Below are positions 19,234-28,968 of a DNA stretch of 64,000 nucleotides, piece by piece. Below the pieces are notes generated by a model, which ran no database searches, was not told the DNA's origin, and saw only the letters and a list, made by a program, of their open reading frames with translations. Within the stretch, counting starts at the first letter, position 1, and the number at the start of each line of letters is the position of its first letter. Source of the DNA: Candidatus Cloacimonadales bacterium (lineage in GTDB: Bacteria > Cloacimonadota > Cloacimonadia > Cloacimonadales > JAFGVF01); NCBI GenBank assembly GCA_963677495.2, contig CAXXOU010000003.1, forward strand, positions 320,001 to 384,000, read 5' to 3'. The translations under genes were made by a program, and so were the position numbers.

Positions 19234-22182
19234 CTACCTCCTTAAGTAATCTATTCGTTTATGTTTCGGCCACTCTATATCTCTATTCTTTAGATGTTTA
19301 TCAAAGAATGCTTTTATGAGTTGGAGTTGAATCTGCATCTCCTCTATTTTATTGTTTCTCAGAAAGTTGTCATCTGTAAAAGAATCATGCCTAAAACCCT
19401 TCAATGAAAGAGCAGTAACATCTTTATTCTTTTCAGAGATAAAAGAGCTATATCTTAGGTATCTATTGCCATGTGAATTGCTAGAGATAAACATAAATGG
19501 TTTGTCTAAAATGTTCATATGTAGAGTACCTAATTGAAAACCATCAAGGTTGATTCCAGCTTTTATATCTTTTGAAGCTAACAATGTCTCACCGGCAACA
19601 GCACCTCCAACTGAGTGCCCCATTATACCAATTCTACTCATATCAAAATTACTAGTTATTCCTAAGTTACGGGATTTCATAATATTTATCAATCTAATTA
19701 CTGAAAGGCAATCTTCTTTCCAGAGTCTTATAGTTTCATTATGAAGAGGAGTGAGCTGAAGTAGTTCATCATAAGCTTTCTTCAACTCACCAGCTTCATC
19801 AGAGTTCAGAATTATATCTTGAAGTTCGTTAATTCTTTTTCCGTTCAACTCATTTTTATGATCTTGATAGAACAAACCCTTTGGATTTTGCATCTCTGTA
19901 TTGTTATCTCTTAAAACAACAGCACTTTCATTAATATGGTTGAGACTGATAACTATGTATCCATGACTTGCCAGTTCCTCAAAAGCTATCTGATATACTG
20001 ATGAATAACCACTATATCCATGGTTGTAGATTATAACCGGAAATGGTCCTTCAGCCATACTTGGAGCTTTATAAGAGTTTGTCTTCATATGGGCTGTGTA
20101 GCTGTTCAGAAACTTAGGCCAACTTAAGAATTCAGCAGCTTTTGATGCTACATCTTCAGTATTATATGTAGTCAGTTCATGATCTGTTACTATTGCCGGA
20201 TACCAAACTTCACATGATTGTTCACGACTGTTTCCGGACTCAATTCCATTAAAGTCCAATAGATCTCTTCCGACATGATAACTCCCTGATGGTTTGGGCA
20301 TTTCCGGTATCTTACTCATGTTATCACCGAAAATAAATTCCTTAATTTTTAAACTTTCACCAGCTTGAATCCGAACTTTAAAAGGTATATTTTCATCTTT
20401 ATCATACTCTGTATATTCACATTTTCCACTAACAGAGTAAAATAAATCATTCTTATCAATTGATTCAATACAATAATCTATGATCTCTACATCACCCTTT
20501 TGATAGAAAACCTTGAAGAACTCCTCTATCGCTTCAACACCAAATATGGGAAACATATCCGGAAAACTGAGTATTGCGTCTGCCGAGAAATATTTAGTTG
20601 CTGTAAAATCTTCAGTATCCTCTTTAAAGCTATGCAAAAACTGCTCTATTGTAGCTATCTCTTTCCTGATTGCCATCACTTTATTATCTAACAGATCATC
20701 TGTCTGAATAGATTGAGCCTTTGAATAGTTATTCTCTGCATTTATCAAGTCACCATTAATTAGATATGCTTCAGCTAGACTGTCATATACATTTGCAGAT
20801 TCAGGATATTCATCAACATTGAGCTTAAAAAGCTTTATAGCATTTTTCGGTTCACCCTCTTTAAGCATTTGATAACCCAAGTTATTTAACTCATTCTCGT
20901 TAAGAATGAACATCTTTTTTGCTGGGTGATTACTCAGTTTCTTATAAAATTCTAATGCTTTATCAATTGATCTCATCTTGATTATATCATACAAATATAC
21001 ACCAACTGATGTTGGTTTTCTTTTATCATGTGGGATGTATTGCTCCCATTCCCATGGAGTATATATATCACCGATGATATATTCAAGCAGGTATTTGAAT
21101 ATCATTTCAGCATTATCACTATTAGACATTATAACTATCCCAATCTTTTTCTCAGGGAAAGCGATAGTGTAGTTTTGGTAACCACTGTCATGTCCCTCTT
21201 TAAAGAAGGCATGGCTAACTGGAGTTTTCAGTAATCCGGCTCCCAGTCCGTAGGATAAGTCTAAATGTTCATCTCTATCTGTAGTTTCATTATTCAATGT
21301 AGGAAACTGATGTCTGGAGTTTATTGATATTTGCTTTTGAAACATCTCTTCATATATGCTATTATGTCGATTGTGCTGTTTTATCAAGTATTGGATGAAC
21401 TTCGAGTAATCATTAATGGTCGTAAGAAGAGAACCACCTGCTGAAGCTAGTTCCCTTACACGATATTCATTTGTCCCTCCTACTACATCATGACCAAAGG
21501 CTAGATGGTTCTCGAACCTTTGCTGACTTATATAGCTGGTGTTAGACATCTCCAGTTTATCAAAAATCAGTTCTTTTGCCAGTTTTTCCAGACCTTTCCC
21601 TGTAATATGTTCAACTACCTGCTGCAGAAGAAATATCCCCTCTCCTGAGTAGGCATATCTTTCACCCGGAGTAAAGTAAAACCTGAGTTTCTGACCTTCA
21701 GTAAAAGTTCTGGAATTCGGGAAACCGGTCGTATGACTAAGACAATGTCTAGCTGTGAGTAATTGCCATTCTTTGTTCAATTTATTAACCGGATATATAT
21801 CATAATATGGTACTGGATTGCTTAAGTATTTATACAAAGGTGTATCCAAATCTATAATGTTCATATCAACAAGTTGCATTACAATTGAAGCAAAGAGAAG
21901 TTTGCTAAAAGATGCACCGGACATAATGCTGTCTTCATGTAAAAGATCACTTTTCTCAGCATTACCATACCCAAAGCATTTTGTGTAAGCTGAGTCATCA
22001 TTAATTACAGATAAAGCTAGACCGACTACACCTGCTGCTTCCATTTGCTCAATAACAAACTTATCTACTTGTTCTGTTTTAACTGTTGTATTGTCCAATC
22101 TACGTATGGTTTTCATTGCATTACTCCCATTTAATAAATAGCAAAAGAGACATGTTAACAGAAGAGTTGCGTGACGTTTCAT
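19234..22182 (-). CDS. Secreted multidomain hydrolase: beta-lactamase-family serine hydrolase + TPR + NTF2-like + alpha/beta hydrolase (PAF-acetylhydrolase-like)
   Basis: ASFSK (SxxK), LSHTTG, YAYSGEG; TPR LNNLGY...SANVYDSLAEAY; PKPSGSYHVG, WYPA, HGYSG, ELASHGYIV, GHSVGG and INLDG. Confidence 0.85.
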   Translation of the reverse strand: MKRHATLLLTCLFCYLLNGSNAMKTIRRLDNTTVKTEQVDKFVIEQMEAAGVVGLALSVINDDSAYTKCFGYGNAEKSDLLHEDSIMSGASFSKLLFASIVMQLVDMNIIDLDTPLYKYLSNPVPYYDIYPVNKLNKEWQLLTARHCLSHTTGFPNSRTFTEGQKLRFYFTPGERYAYSGEGIFLLQQVVEHITGKGLEKLAKELIFDKLEMSNTSYISQQRFENHLAFGHDVVGGTNEYRVRELASAGGSLLTTINDYSKFIQYLIKQHNRHNSIYEEMFQKQISINSRHQFPTLNNETTDRDEHLDLSYGLGAGLLKTPVSHAFFKEGHDSGYQNYTIAFPEKKIGIVIMSNSDNAEMIFKYLLEYIIGDIYTPWEWEQYIPHDKRKPTSVGVYLYDIIKMRSIDKALEFYKKLSNHPAKKMFILNENELNNLGYQMLKEGEPKNAIKLFKLNVDEYPESANVYDSLAEAYLINGDLINAENNYSKAQSIQTDDLLDNKVMAIRKEIATIEQFLHSFKEDTEDFTATKYFSADAILSFPDMFPIFGVEAIEEFFKVFYQKGDVEIIDYCIESIDKNDLFYSVSGKCEYTEYDKDENIPFKVRIQAGESLKIKEFIFGDNMSKIPEMPKPSGSYHVGRDLLDFNGIESGNSREQSCEVWYPAIVTDHELTTYNTEDVASKAAEFLSWPKFLNSYTAHMKTNSYKAPSMAEGPFPVIIYNHGYSGYSSVYQIAFEELASHGYIVISLNHINESAVVLRDNNTEMQNPKGLFYQDHKNELNGKRINELQDIILNSDEAGELKKAYDELLQLTPLHNETIRLWKEDCLSVIRLINIMKSRNLGITSNFDMSRIGIMGHSVGGAVAGETLLASKDIKAGINLDGFQLGTLHMNILDKPFMFISSNSHGNRYLRYSSFISEKNKDVTALSLKGFRHDSFTDDNFLRNNKIEEMQIQLQLIKAFFDKHLKNRDIEWPKHKRIDYLRR

Positions 22183-22811
22183 TAGATATTGTTCAGCATC
22201 ATTTTAAGATGCATCTCAAAATAGTTATCTGCTTCTTCAACAGACATTGTCTTCGCTACAAAAGTTATTTGGAAAAGGAAGTTTATAAGACCTCTAGTTG
22301 TAGACATAATGTACCCTAGTTGATAGTTCTTATCTTCCATGGTTGAGAAATCTCCCTGCTCCGACCCCTTGTAGAGTTCAAGTTTAAGAATATCAGCATT
22401 CTGCTTGAAAGATTTCTCATATCTTTCATAGAGCTCTTCTGTTAAACTTGGAATTATATATCTGTAGAGAAGGAAATCGTAATGATATGTCATCATGAAC
22501 ATGGCAAAATCTTTCTTAACATAGTTATAATACTCAAGCAAGTAATTGTAGATCCTCTCTTTCGGAGTTGAGCCTTTATCGAACTCATTGTTACAGCTTT
22601 TTAATCTTTTTAGATCATGCGTTCTGATTACAACATAAAGCAGTTCATTCTTACTTTTGAAATAGTGATATAGTGTTGATTTTCCAAAATCTGCTTCCTT
22701 CCCAACCTGGCTTAGAGAGACGTTCTCGAAACCATATTTGATAAACATTCTCTTCGCTGCAGTGACTATTTTCGCTCTTCTTTGTTCAAACTCTTTTTCT
22801 ACTCTATTCAT
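22182..22811 (-). CDS. TetR/AcrR family transcriptional regulator
   Basis: N-terminal HTH: FIKYGFENVSLSQVGKEADFGKSTLYHYFKSK. Confidence 0.93.
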   Translation of the reverse strand: MNRVEKEFEQRRAKIVTAAKRMFIKYGFENVSLSQVGKEADFGKSTLYHYFKSKNELLYVVIRTHDLKRLKSCNNEFDKGSTPKERIYNYLLEYYNYVKKDFAMFMMTYHYDFLLYRYIIPSLTEELYERYEKSFKQNADILKLELYKGSEQGDFSTMEDKNYQLGYIMSTTRGLINFLFQITFVAKTMSVEEADNYFEMHLKMMLNNI

Positions 22812-22830
22812 TTAAACCTCTATACTAATT

Positions 22831-22847
22831 TTCGACCATTGGTCTAA
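22831..22847. promoter_or_regulatory. Putative TetR operator palindrome
   Basis: TTCGACCATTGGTCTAA imperfect palindrome between a minus-strand TTGACA (22869-22874) and the tetR start. Confidence 0.5.
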
Positions 22848-22985
22848 CATTTATTATCTTGTGTTGCATGTCAATATAATTTTGTATTTAGGGTATTGTC
22901 TTTGATACTTACTGTTAGTTTCATATTAAGTTTTGGCTTGACATATAACTTTGAAAACTAATAATTTGTGGCATTAGGAGGTACT

Positions 22986-23807
22986 ATGAAAAACATTAAG
23001 TACATTATATTTGTATTAGTTGCCTGTCTTTTTATTGCAGGATGTGGCTCTAGTGAAGGGAATGGAGGAGCAACCGGACCGGTTAATCAAATCAACAACT
23101 CAGACTTCACAATAGACATTGATACCGGAGATAGAGGGACTTATATAGATATCGCTGTTTATAGTGATATTGTTGATTATGATTATGAAGGTGGTTATAA
23201 TCATAAGTTCACATTCAATGGTGAAGATATGAGCGAGCATCTTACATGGTCAAGCCCTAACTGGGCAGAATACTTTTATCCGGGCACACTGAATCCGGGT
23301 GATGAAGTTGATGTGAGTTATGAGTTAGAGCTTTTTGACAGTAAAGGACTAACCTATTCAAAAGTAGTTACAGGCACAATTATGATGGCCTATTTAGCTG
23401 CATGGATTCTACCTGAAATGCCAATCACTATTGATAGTATGATAGTATTTGCCTGGACTATGATTGCTAGTAATCAATTACAATATGTCTTGGCTTCTTC
23501 TTATGGATGGAGTTATAAAGATGATTACGGAATTGATGAATTTACGAAGGTAATCGATAATGATTTGCGGGAATATACATTCCCTGCTAATTGCGTAGAC
23601 GACTTATCATCTGAGTATCAATTTGTAGACCTTTTCTATAGTGTCGAAACTCTAAACTACTACCTCGATAATGATCTTGCTATTATTAACTCATCCATGG
23701 GCTCTGTCTCAAATGACCTTGTTGGAAAAGATACACCTAGACCAAATCGTGATATAAGAAGAGAAAGAATGAGTATGTTAGTTAAGATGATAGCTGATAA
23801 TGAGTAG
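22986..23807 (+). CDS. Hypothetical lipoprotein
   Basis: GGAGG RBS, then MKNIKYIIFVLVACLFIAGC lipobox; acidic mature region. Confidence 0.75.
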   Translation: MKNIKYIIFVLVACLFIAGCGSSEGNGGATGPVNQINNSDFTIDIDTGDRGTYIDIAVYSDIVDYDYEGGYNHKFTFNGEDMSEHLTWSSPNWAEYFYPGTLNPGDEVDVSYELELFDSKGLTYSKVVTGTIMMAYLAAWILPEMPITIDSMIVFAWTMIASNQLQYVLASSYGWSYKDDYGIDEFTKVIDNDLREYTFPANCVDDLSSEYQFVDLFYSVETLNYYLDNDLAIINSSMGSVSNDLVGKDTPRPNRDIRRERMSMLVKMIADNE

Positions 23808-23828
23808 TTTCTAACATAATAAGTTAAT

Positions 23829-23857
23829 GGCTGCTGATATTTCAGCAGCCTTTTTTT
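23829..23857 (+). terminator. Rho-independent terminator
   Basis: GGCTGCTGA-tatt-TCAGCAGCC followed by T7, between convergent genes. Confidence 0.85.
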
Positions 23858-23875
23858 GTAACCAAAGTATGTAAT

Positions 23876-24877
23876 CTATGACTCAAAATGTTTAGAGAAA
23901 TCGTAACCAAGATATGGAACCCTGTTCAATATCTTCTCATCTCTCCCCTGCATATAACTCTTACACCAAGGATTTGCAGCAATCTCCTCTTCAGTGAAAC
24001 TCATATGAAGCACAGTAAATAACTCTACTTCGCGAAGCTTGAGGAATAGTGGTATCTTCTCAATCCAATAGTTGCTTATCTTGTTTTCTTTTCTATATCC
24101 TCTTAGGAAGTTGGTCATTATGTACGAAGCAAAGTCATTAGTAGTCATATCTTTATATCTGCTCATGACACTATAAAATACAACAATAGAAATATCACTA
24201 ATGAAGTGCATATATTTCAAATCATCGAAATCGAAGAGGGAAAGTTTACCATTATTAACAAAAATATTACCAAAATGAGCATCGGAATGAATTAACCCAA
24301 AACCATCTTCATCCTTTGGAAGACTCTTAACTTCTGCTATAATACTTTGGACCTCTCGAAGTACATCCTTCTTCTCTTCAGGTATATTACATAATAATGG
24401 CTCAATATCATCAAACCATTGTTTTCTGGTAATCTCAGTATTTGAGAAGGAGAATGATTTAGTTAGTCGATGCATTTTACCTATCATCTCACCTAGTTGC
24501 TCATATATTTCAGTACTCCTATCCTCAAATCTCAAATGTTGCCCTTCAAGCATCTTAAAAACAGTTGTAATGAAGTAGGAATCATTTACGTGAAACACTT
24601 CTACTAAATTCCCGTTTGGTGAAGGATAGGCCGGAGCTACAGACAAACCATTACCAGCCAGATAGTTTACAAACTCCAATTCTGCCATTATTTCATTTGT
24701 TGACCTATGCAAACTATGAGTAATCCTTAGTATTAAATCCTGTTCTTCCTGCTTAACTCTGTAGATGAAACTCTCAAATCCACCAAGCTTAGTAAGATCT
24801 TCTCTCTTGAAGTTGTAAGATTGGATTATTCTTTCTAACACATCTTCAGTAAACTGCTTTCTACTTTCTAGAATCAT
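23876..24877 (-). CDS. APH / homoserine kinase type II family phosphotransferase
   Basis: GGFESFIY, LILRIT, GLIHSDAHFGNI and LFDFDD. Confidence 0.88.
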   Translation of the reverse strand: MILESRKQFTEDVLERIIQSYNFKREDLTKLGGFESFIYRVKQEEQDLILRITHSLHRSTNEIMAELEFVNYLAGNGLSVAPAYPSPNGNLVEVFHVNDSYFITTVFKMLEGQHLRFEDRSTEIYEQLGEMIGKMHRLTKSFSFSNTEITRKQWFDDIEPLLCNIPEEKKDVLREVQSIIAEVKSLPKDEDGFGLIHSDAHFGNIFVNNGKLSLFDFDDLKYMHFISDISIVVFYSVMSRYKDMTTNDFASYIMTNFLRGYRKENKISNYWIEKIPLFLKLREVELFTVLHMSFTEEEIAANPWCKSYMQGRDEKILNRVPYLGYDFSKHFES

Positions 24878-24911
24878 AAGAACTCCTTTTAAAAGAATAA
24901 GTGATTACTCC

Positions 24912-25220
24912 CTAAATCACTACATCCACAGCTTTCATCAGCACCTTAATTCCTGCATCAAGGGCATCCTTAATCGCTTTCTTCTTCATGATACTAAGGT
25001 TTTGCATCTCGGATTCCAAAACTAAGGCATTATCTTCCATAACACTTTTGAACTCATCAGCATCAATCTCACCATTCTTCAGGAAAGTCGTGGCTTCTTC
25101 AATAGCTTCCTTATTATTCTCAACATACTGTTTAAGTAAGTTATAAGCTTCAGTTGCATTCTCACCTAACGATACCTTCATCGCCGAAAGCATATCACTA
25201 AATATTTTATCAAAATCCAT
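24912..25220 (-). CDS. Hypothetical helical protein
   Basis: AGGAG RBS before ATG 25220 (MDFDKIFSDML...); follows the lipoprotein gene directly. Confidence 0.7.
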   Translation of the reverse strand: MDFDKIFSDMLSAMKVSLGENATEAYNLLKQYVENNKEAIEEATTFLKNGEIDADEFKSVMEDNALVLESEMQNLSIMKKKAIKDALDAGIKVLMKAVDVVI

Positions 25221-25233
25221 AGTAGCTCCTCTG

Positions 25234-25656
25234 TTATTGCTTAAGCTTCTCACCCGTTGCAATTGCTGCGATACTCCGTTTTATTACCTTACTATTCAAC
25301 TTAATCATGGCATCACTATATTTATCCTTCTCTTTGTGGGTGCTTTTGTATTTAACCCACAAGCTCAAGAGATTCTCTGTCTGCTTAATCGACTCCTCAT
25401 TGTTCGTTCGCATTTGGTTCATCAGAAGCAATGTCTCGATTTCTACTTGGATATGATTATAAGCATCAGCAGATTTGTGATACTGCCTATCTGAAGCAGG
25501 TTGATCCGAAAGATTAAAATAAAACAAATTAACCATCTTAGATATCTCAATAATCTTATCAGCTGTCCTTTGATCATAATCCGCTAATCTGCTGTATGAG
25601 CAGGAACATAGTAGTATTGCTATTACTAAGAATCCTAAAAGTTTTGTTTTATGCAT
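25234..25656 (-). CDS. Hypothetical lipoprotein
   Basis: MHKTKLLGFLVIAILLCSC lipobox; GGAG RBS. Confidence 0.75.
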   Translation of the reverse strand: MHKTKLLGFLVIAILLCSCSYSRLADYDQRTADKIIEISKMVNLFYFNLSDQPASDRQYHKSADAYNHIQVEIETLLLMNQMRTNNEESIKQTENLLSLWVKYKSTHKEKDKYSDAMIKLNSKVIKRSIAAIATGEKLKQ

Positions 25657-25841
25657 GGTGGCTCCAGTATTATGTTAATGAATCAAAATCCATTAATACA
25701 TAGATAGCTTATCTATGTCAATTATTCGATAGATATATTATGTATCATACGTTTCGCTTAATCTTTTTTTGAATATGTTTTACTTAAAAAAACTTGTAAT
25801 TTTTGATGAAAATCCCCGAGTTTGTTGAAGAGTCTTACTGA

Positions 25842-26018
25842 CGCCACTACAGGCCTTTGTGTTGGAGGGATCCTTTAACCCCACGCTCACGCATGGGGCT
25901 ATTAAACAGGAGCTCCTTCAGAGCTAAATATCTTAGCCATGAAATGGCGTAGGCTCAATAGCCACATGCTTTGGCATGTGGTAAATTAATTGTTTAGTCT
26001 CAGCCCTATAGGGGCGAA
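25842..26018. repeat. REP-like inverted pair of three-hairpin units
   Basis: Left unit: GCCACTACAGGC / CCCCACGCTCACGCATGGGGCTATT / AGCTCCTTCAGAGCT. Inverted unit: GCCATGAAATGGC / AATAGCCACATGCTTTGGCATGTGGT / GCCCTATAGGGGC. Same GGGCTATT/AATAGCC tag as the repeats flanking the Y1 transposase. Confidence 0.8.
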
Positions 26019-26138
26019 AGAGAAAACTATATATCAGTAAATCTTTACTATAAGCAATGCACACTCATTCCCCTATCACAATAAGTACCAGAAATGTGTC
26101 AAATCCTACCCCGTCACAAGAAACTCACTTGGCCTTCG

Positions 26139-26171
26139 ACCCAGGGGAGCCCCAAGAGACTCCCAGGAATC
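26139..26171. repeat. 11-bp periodic array (CCCARG core)
   Basis: ACCCAGGGGAG / CCCCAAGAGAC / TCCCAGGAATC. Confidence 0.55.
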
Positions 26172-26275
26172 AGGCAATCAATTCTCAGTAATTATGATGG
26201 GGAAATGATATAGCGTAACTGCTTTAGAACAGATATCGGTTATCTGCCTTGTTTTGTTATAAAAATCCTACTCTC

Positions 26276-26368
26276 AACCACGCAAAATCAACACCCTAAC
26301 CACGCCCAAACCACGGTAGCCGTGGTTTACCCGTCGTTTACCCGTGGTCAACCCGTGGTCGGGAATAA
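26276..26368. repeat. Mirror-symmetric 11-bp periodic array (AACCACG core, 4+4 units)
   Basis: aaccacgcaaa/atcaacaccct/aaccacgccca/aaccacgg-tag-ccgtggtt/tacccgtcgtt/tacccgtggtc/aacccgtggtc-gggaataa. A homologous copy lies in inverted orientation at 51084-51176. Confidence 0.85.
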
Positions 26369-26484
26369 GAGATTCGTTAGACGCTCGGGTTTGAATTATT
26401 CAAATTATGGGATATGAACCATTATTTACTTTGAGACATGCAAAAATCATAATGATTAGATTCCATATATCATTAGATATTAGA

Positions 26485-27729
26485 CTACTTATGCGACACA
26501 ACATTAAATGGTATCCTCATCCAATCATCAATCAAGACAAAATCTTTCGCTTTCTTATCCCATTTTACTCGTTTTATCTCTAATGTATGGAGTCCCGGAA
26601 AAAGAGATTCAGTTGAGATGTATGTGGTTAGAAGTTCCTGCTTATAACTACTGTTTTTGGTTAACAACCACTCATCATTGTTTATTGGTTGGTCGTCTAT
26701 ATATACCCTATAGAGGGCTGTTTGGTCAACAGATTCTATGTCAACATCCGGTCTTATGATTGCAAACTTATCAGGATTGTTAGTAATCTCTCTCAAAAGG
26801 ATTCTATCGCTTTTGTAAGTACTTATATAGAGTTCCAGGTCACTGTTCGTAACATCATATGAGTTCAGTGCTGCACGCTGAATTCTAAGCTCATCGCTCT
26901 TCTTATCAAGATAGTTGTTCTGGTTAATAGATACTAAACCTGTCTTTGGCTTTTTAGTTACATCATTTGCATCAAACTTGAACTTATTGATGTTGGAATA
27001 TGACAATGGCACGACTAACATTGCAAATCCGAGAAGAAGTAGTATCTGAGTTTTCTTGGGGATATTGGTAGTAAATGTATTAAGCAGGTTATTTACAAGA
27101 GATTGAGAACCATTAAGCCCCGGTTTCTTACTCCTTGATCGCTGAAACCAAACAAATATAGCTGATAAACACAAGACCAATGCAACTTGAACTATTCGGG
27201 TCATTTGCGTGTCTAAGTTGAAGTTGTAGAGAAGCATAAAACAGATGATAAGAATAGAATAAAGTGCGATAATATTTATCAGAAATAAGATAATCGTGAA
27301 TGCGAAAGAGAAGATTAAGCTACATACTTTCTCCACCTCAATAACCAGATCAATCGGCTTCTTGAAGTCACTGTCCCGTAGCTCCTTCTTCAAATTCTCC
27401 TTCCTCACTCCGTTCGGGAACACATAGCTCAATCCAACCAAACCAGCCCAAAGTCCTCGAAGCACTAAGTGGCCTGTGAAAAGCACCTGAAGTGAGGTAA
27501 CGATAAAGGTCATCAATCCATATTGCACAGTAGAGAGAATGACATTTGCACCCAAATCCTGAATCAGCATCGCAGTGAAATTGTATATATACTTTGGAAG
27601 TAGGAAGAAGAAAGCAATGGAGAATCCTGATATGATTATCTCCGGTTCCCAGCTATTGTTCTGTATTTTTGTCAGCCAATCCGGTGTTTTGTTTTCTTGT
27701 GAAGTCATTTTACCCCCGATTAGAAGCAA
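26485..27729 (-). CDS. Hypothetical integral membrane protein
   Basis: NSWEPEIIISG and HLVLRGLWAGLVGLSYVFPNG, several TM segments and a soluble C-terminal domain. True start may be ATG 27708 (MTSQENK). Confidence 0.75.
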   Translation of the reverse strand: MLLIGGKMTSQENKTPDWLTKIQNNSWEPEIIISGFSIAFFFLLPKYIYNFTAMLIQDLGANVILSTVQYGLMTFIVTSLQVLFTGHLVLRGLWAGLVGLSYVFPNGVRKENLKKELRDSDFKKPIDLVIEVEKVCSLIFSFAFTIILFLINIIALYSILIICFMLLYNFNLDTQMTRIVQVALVLCLSAIFVWFQRSRSKKPGLNGSQSLVNNLLNTFTTNIPKKTQILLLLGFAMLVVPLSYSNINKFKFDANDVTKKPKTGLVSINQNNYLDKKSDELRIQRAALNSYDVTNSDLELYISTYKSDRILLREITNNPDKFAIIRPDVDIESVDQTALYRVYIDDQPINNDEWLLTKNSSYKQELLTTYISTESLFPGLHTLEIKRVKWDKKAKDFVLIDDWMRIPFNVVSHK

Positions 27730-27783
27730 TTAGTGTATAGAGATTTATGTTGTCAAATGGAAAGTTTTGCTTTTCAGGTAGAG

Positions 27784-28083
27784 TTCAACCCATATAGGGC
27801 TGTTTGGTTAATGTATAACTGGCACCCCAGGTCATTCGACCTGGGCTATTCACCTTAAGCCCTTAAACGGGCTTTCCTTGCCATAAAACTGACTTTTTTA
27901 TGATGATTTTATTGTTCTGATTAATCATACAAGGAAATATTAATTACTTGCAAAGATATATGTATCATGACAATATAGCATTGATTACCTGTCCGTTTAG
28001 GACAGAATGTGAATAGCCATGTGGCGTTAGCCCATGGTAAAAAATACAAAATGATTTCACAGCCCAATATGGGCTGAATTTGA
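27784..28083 (+). repeat. ~300-bp composite REP doublet (REPIN-like), copy 1, upstream of the Y1 transposase
   Basis: Collinear with 28538-28830; two inverted three-hairpin units around an AT-rich spacer. Confidence 0.9.
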
Positions 28084-28090
28084 GGTACCT

Positions 28091-28537
28091 ATGTCAACAT
28101 TTACAAGAATATTTTTCCATATCGTATTCAGTACAAAAGGTAGAATGCGTACTCTCCACAATCAATATAGGGAGAAATTGTTAGGATATATTTGTGGAGT
28201 TTTGAGAAACAAAAAATCACATGTTTATAGAATCAATATGGTCGAAGACCATATACATATCTTGTGCTCTATCCATCGATCAGAAAGTATTGCTGATATC
28301 GTGAAATTGATAAAAAATTCTACCTCAACTATGATAAAACGAGAAGGCATTCTTCCTGACTTTCACGGTTGGCAGAATGGATATGGTGCATTTACTGTTG
28401 AGTGGGGAAGCAAGGATAAGTTGATTGAATACATCAAAGATCAACCGGAACATCATAAAATTGTAGATTTTAAGACAGAGCTTAAAAAGATATTGGATGA
28501 ATGTGGTATTGAGTATAAGGATGCATATATTGAATGA
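28091..28537 (+). mobile_element. tnpA: IS200/IS605-family HUH (Y1) transposase, probably REP-associated (RAYT-like)
   Basis: HIVFSTK, EDHIHIL (HUH), WQNGYGAFTV and YIKDQPEHH (catalytic Tyr). No tnpB nearby; flanked by palindromic repeats. Confidence 0.92.
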
Positions 28538-28830
28538 TTCAGCCCATATAGGGCTGTTTGGTTAATGGGTAACTGCTACCCCGGGTCATTCGACCTGGGG
28601 CTATTCACCTTAAGCCCTTAAACGGGCTTTTTTTGCCTCAAAACTGATTCGATTAATTTAAGGTTTTGATTATTCATGCAGGGAGACAATTTTTACTTGC
28701 AAAGATATACGTATCATGATAATATAGCATGAATTATCTGTCCGATAAGGACAGAATGTGAATAGCCATGGGCGTTCAAGCCCATGGTCAAATGTAAAAT
28801 GAATTCGCAGCCCTATATGGGCGAATTTGA
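28538..28830 (+). repeat. ~295-bp composite REP doublet (REPIN-like), copy 2, starting right after the tnpA stop codon
   Basis: TTCAGCCCATATAGGGCTGTTTGGTTAATG...GACAGAATGTGAATAGCCATG...GCCCTATATGGGCGAATTTGA matches 27784-28083. Confidence 0.9.
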
Positions 28831-28831
28831 A

Positions 28832-28894
28832 GTAACTGCTACCCCAGATCATTCGATCAGGGGCTATTCACGAGTATAGCTCTCAAAGAGCTAT
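28832..28894 (+). repeat. Additional partial REP unit
   Basis: GTAACTGCTACCCCAGATCATTCGATCAGGGGCTATTCAC followed by the hairpin ATAGCTCTCAAAGAGCTAT. Confidence 0.8.
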
Positions 28895-28968
28895 GTGCAA
28901 GAGAGGGCTCATGCACTACATTTATCATCTCATCCCTCTGCTACAATCGTAATCACTTATCAAGGAGA

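Noticed and set aside
28670..28852. ORF-track 60-aa ORF
   Set aside because: Lies wholly within the REP repeat and has no coding signal.
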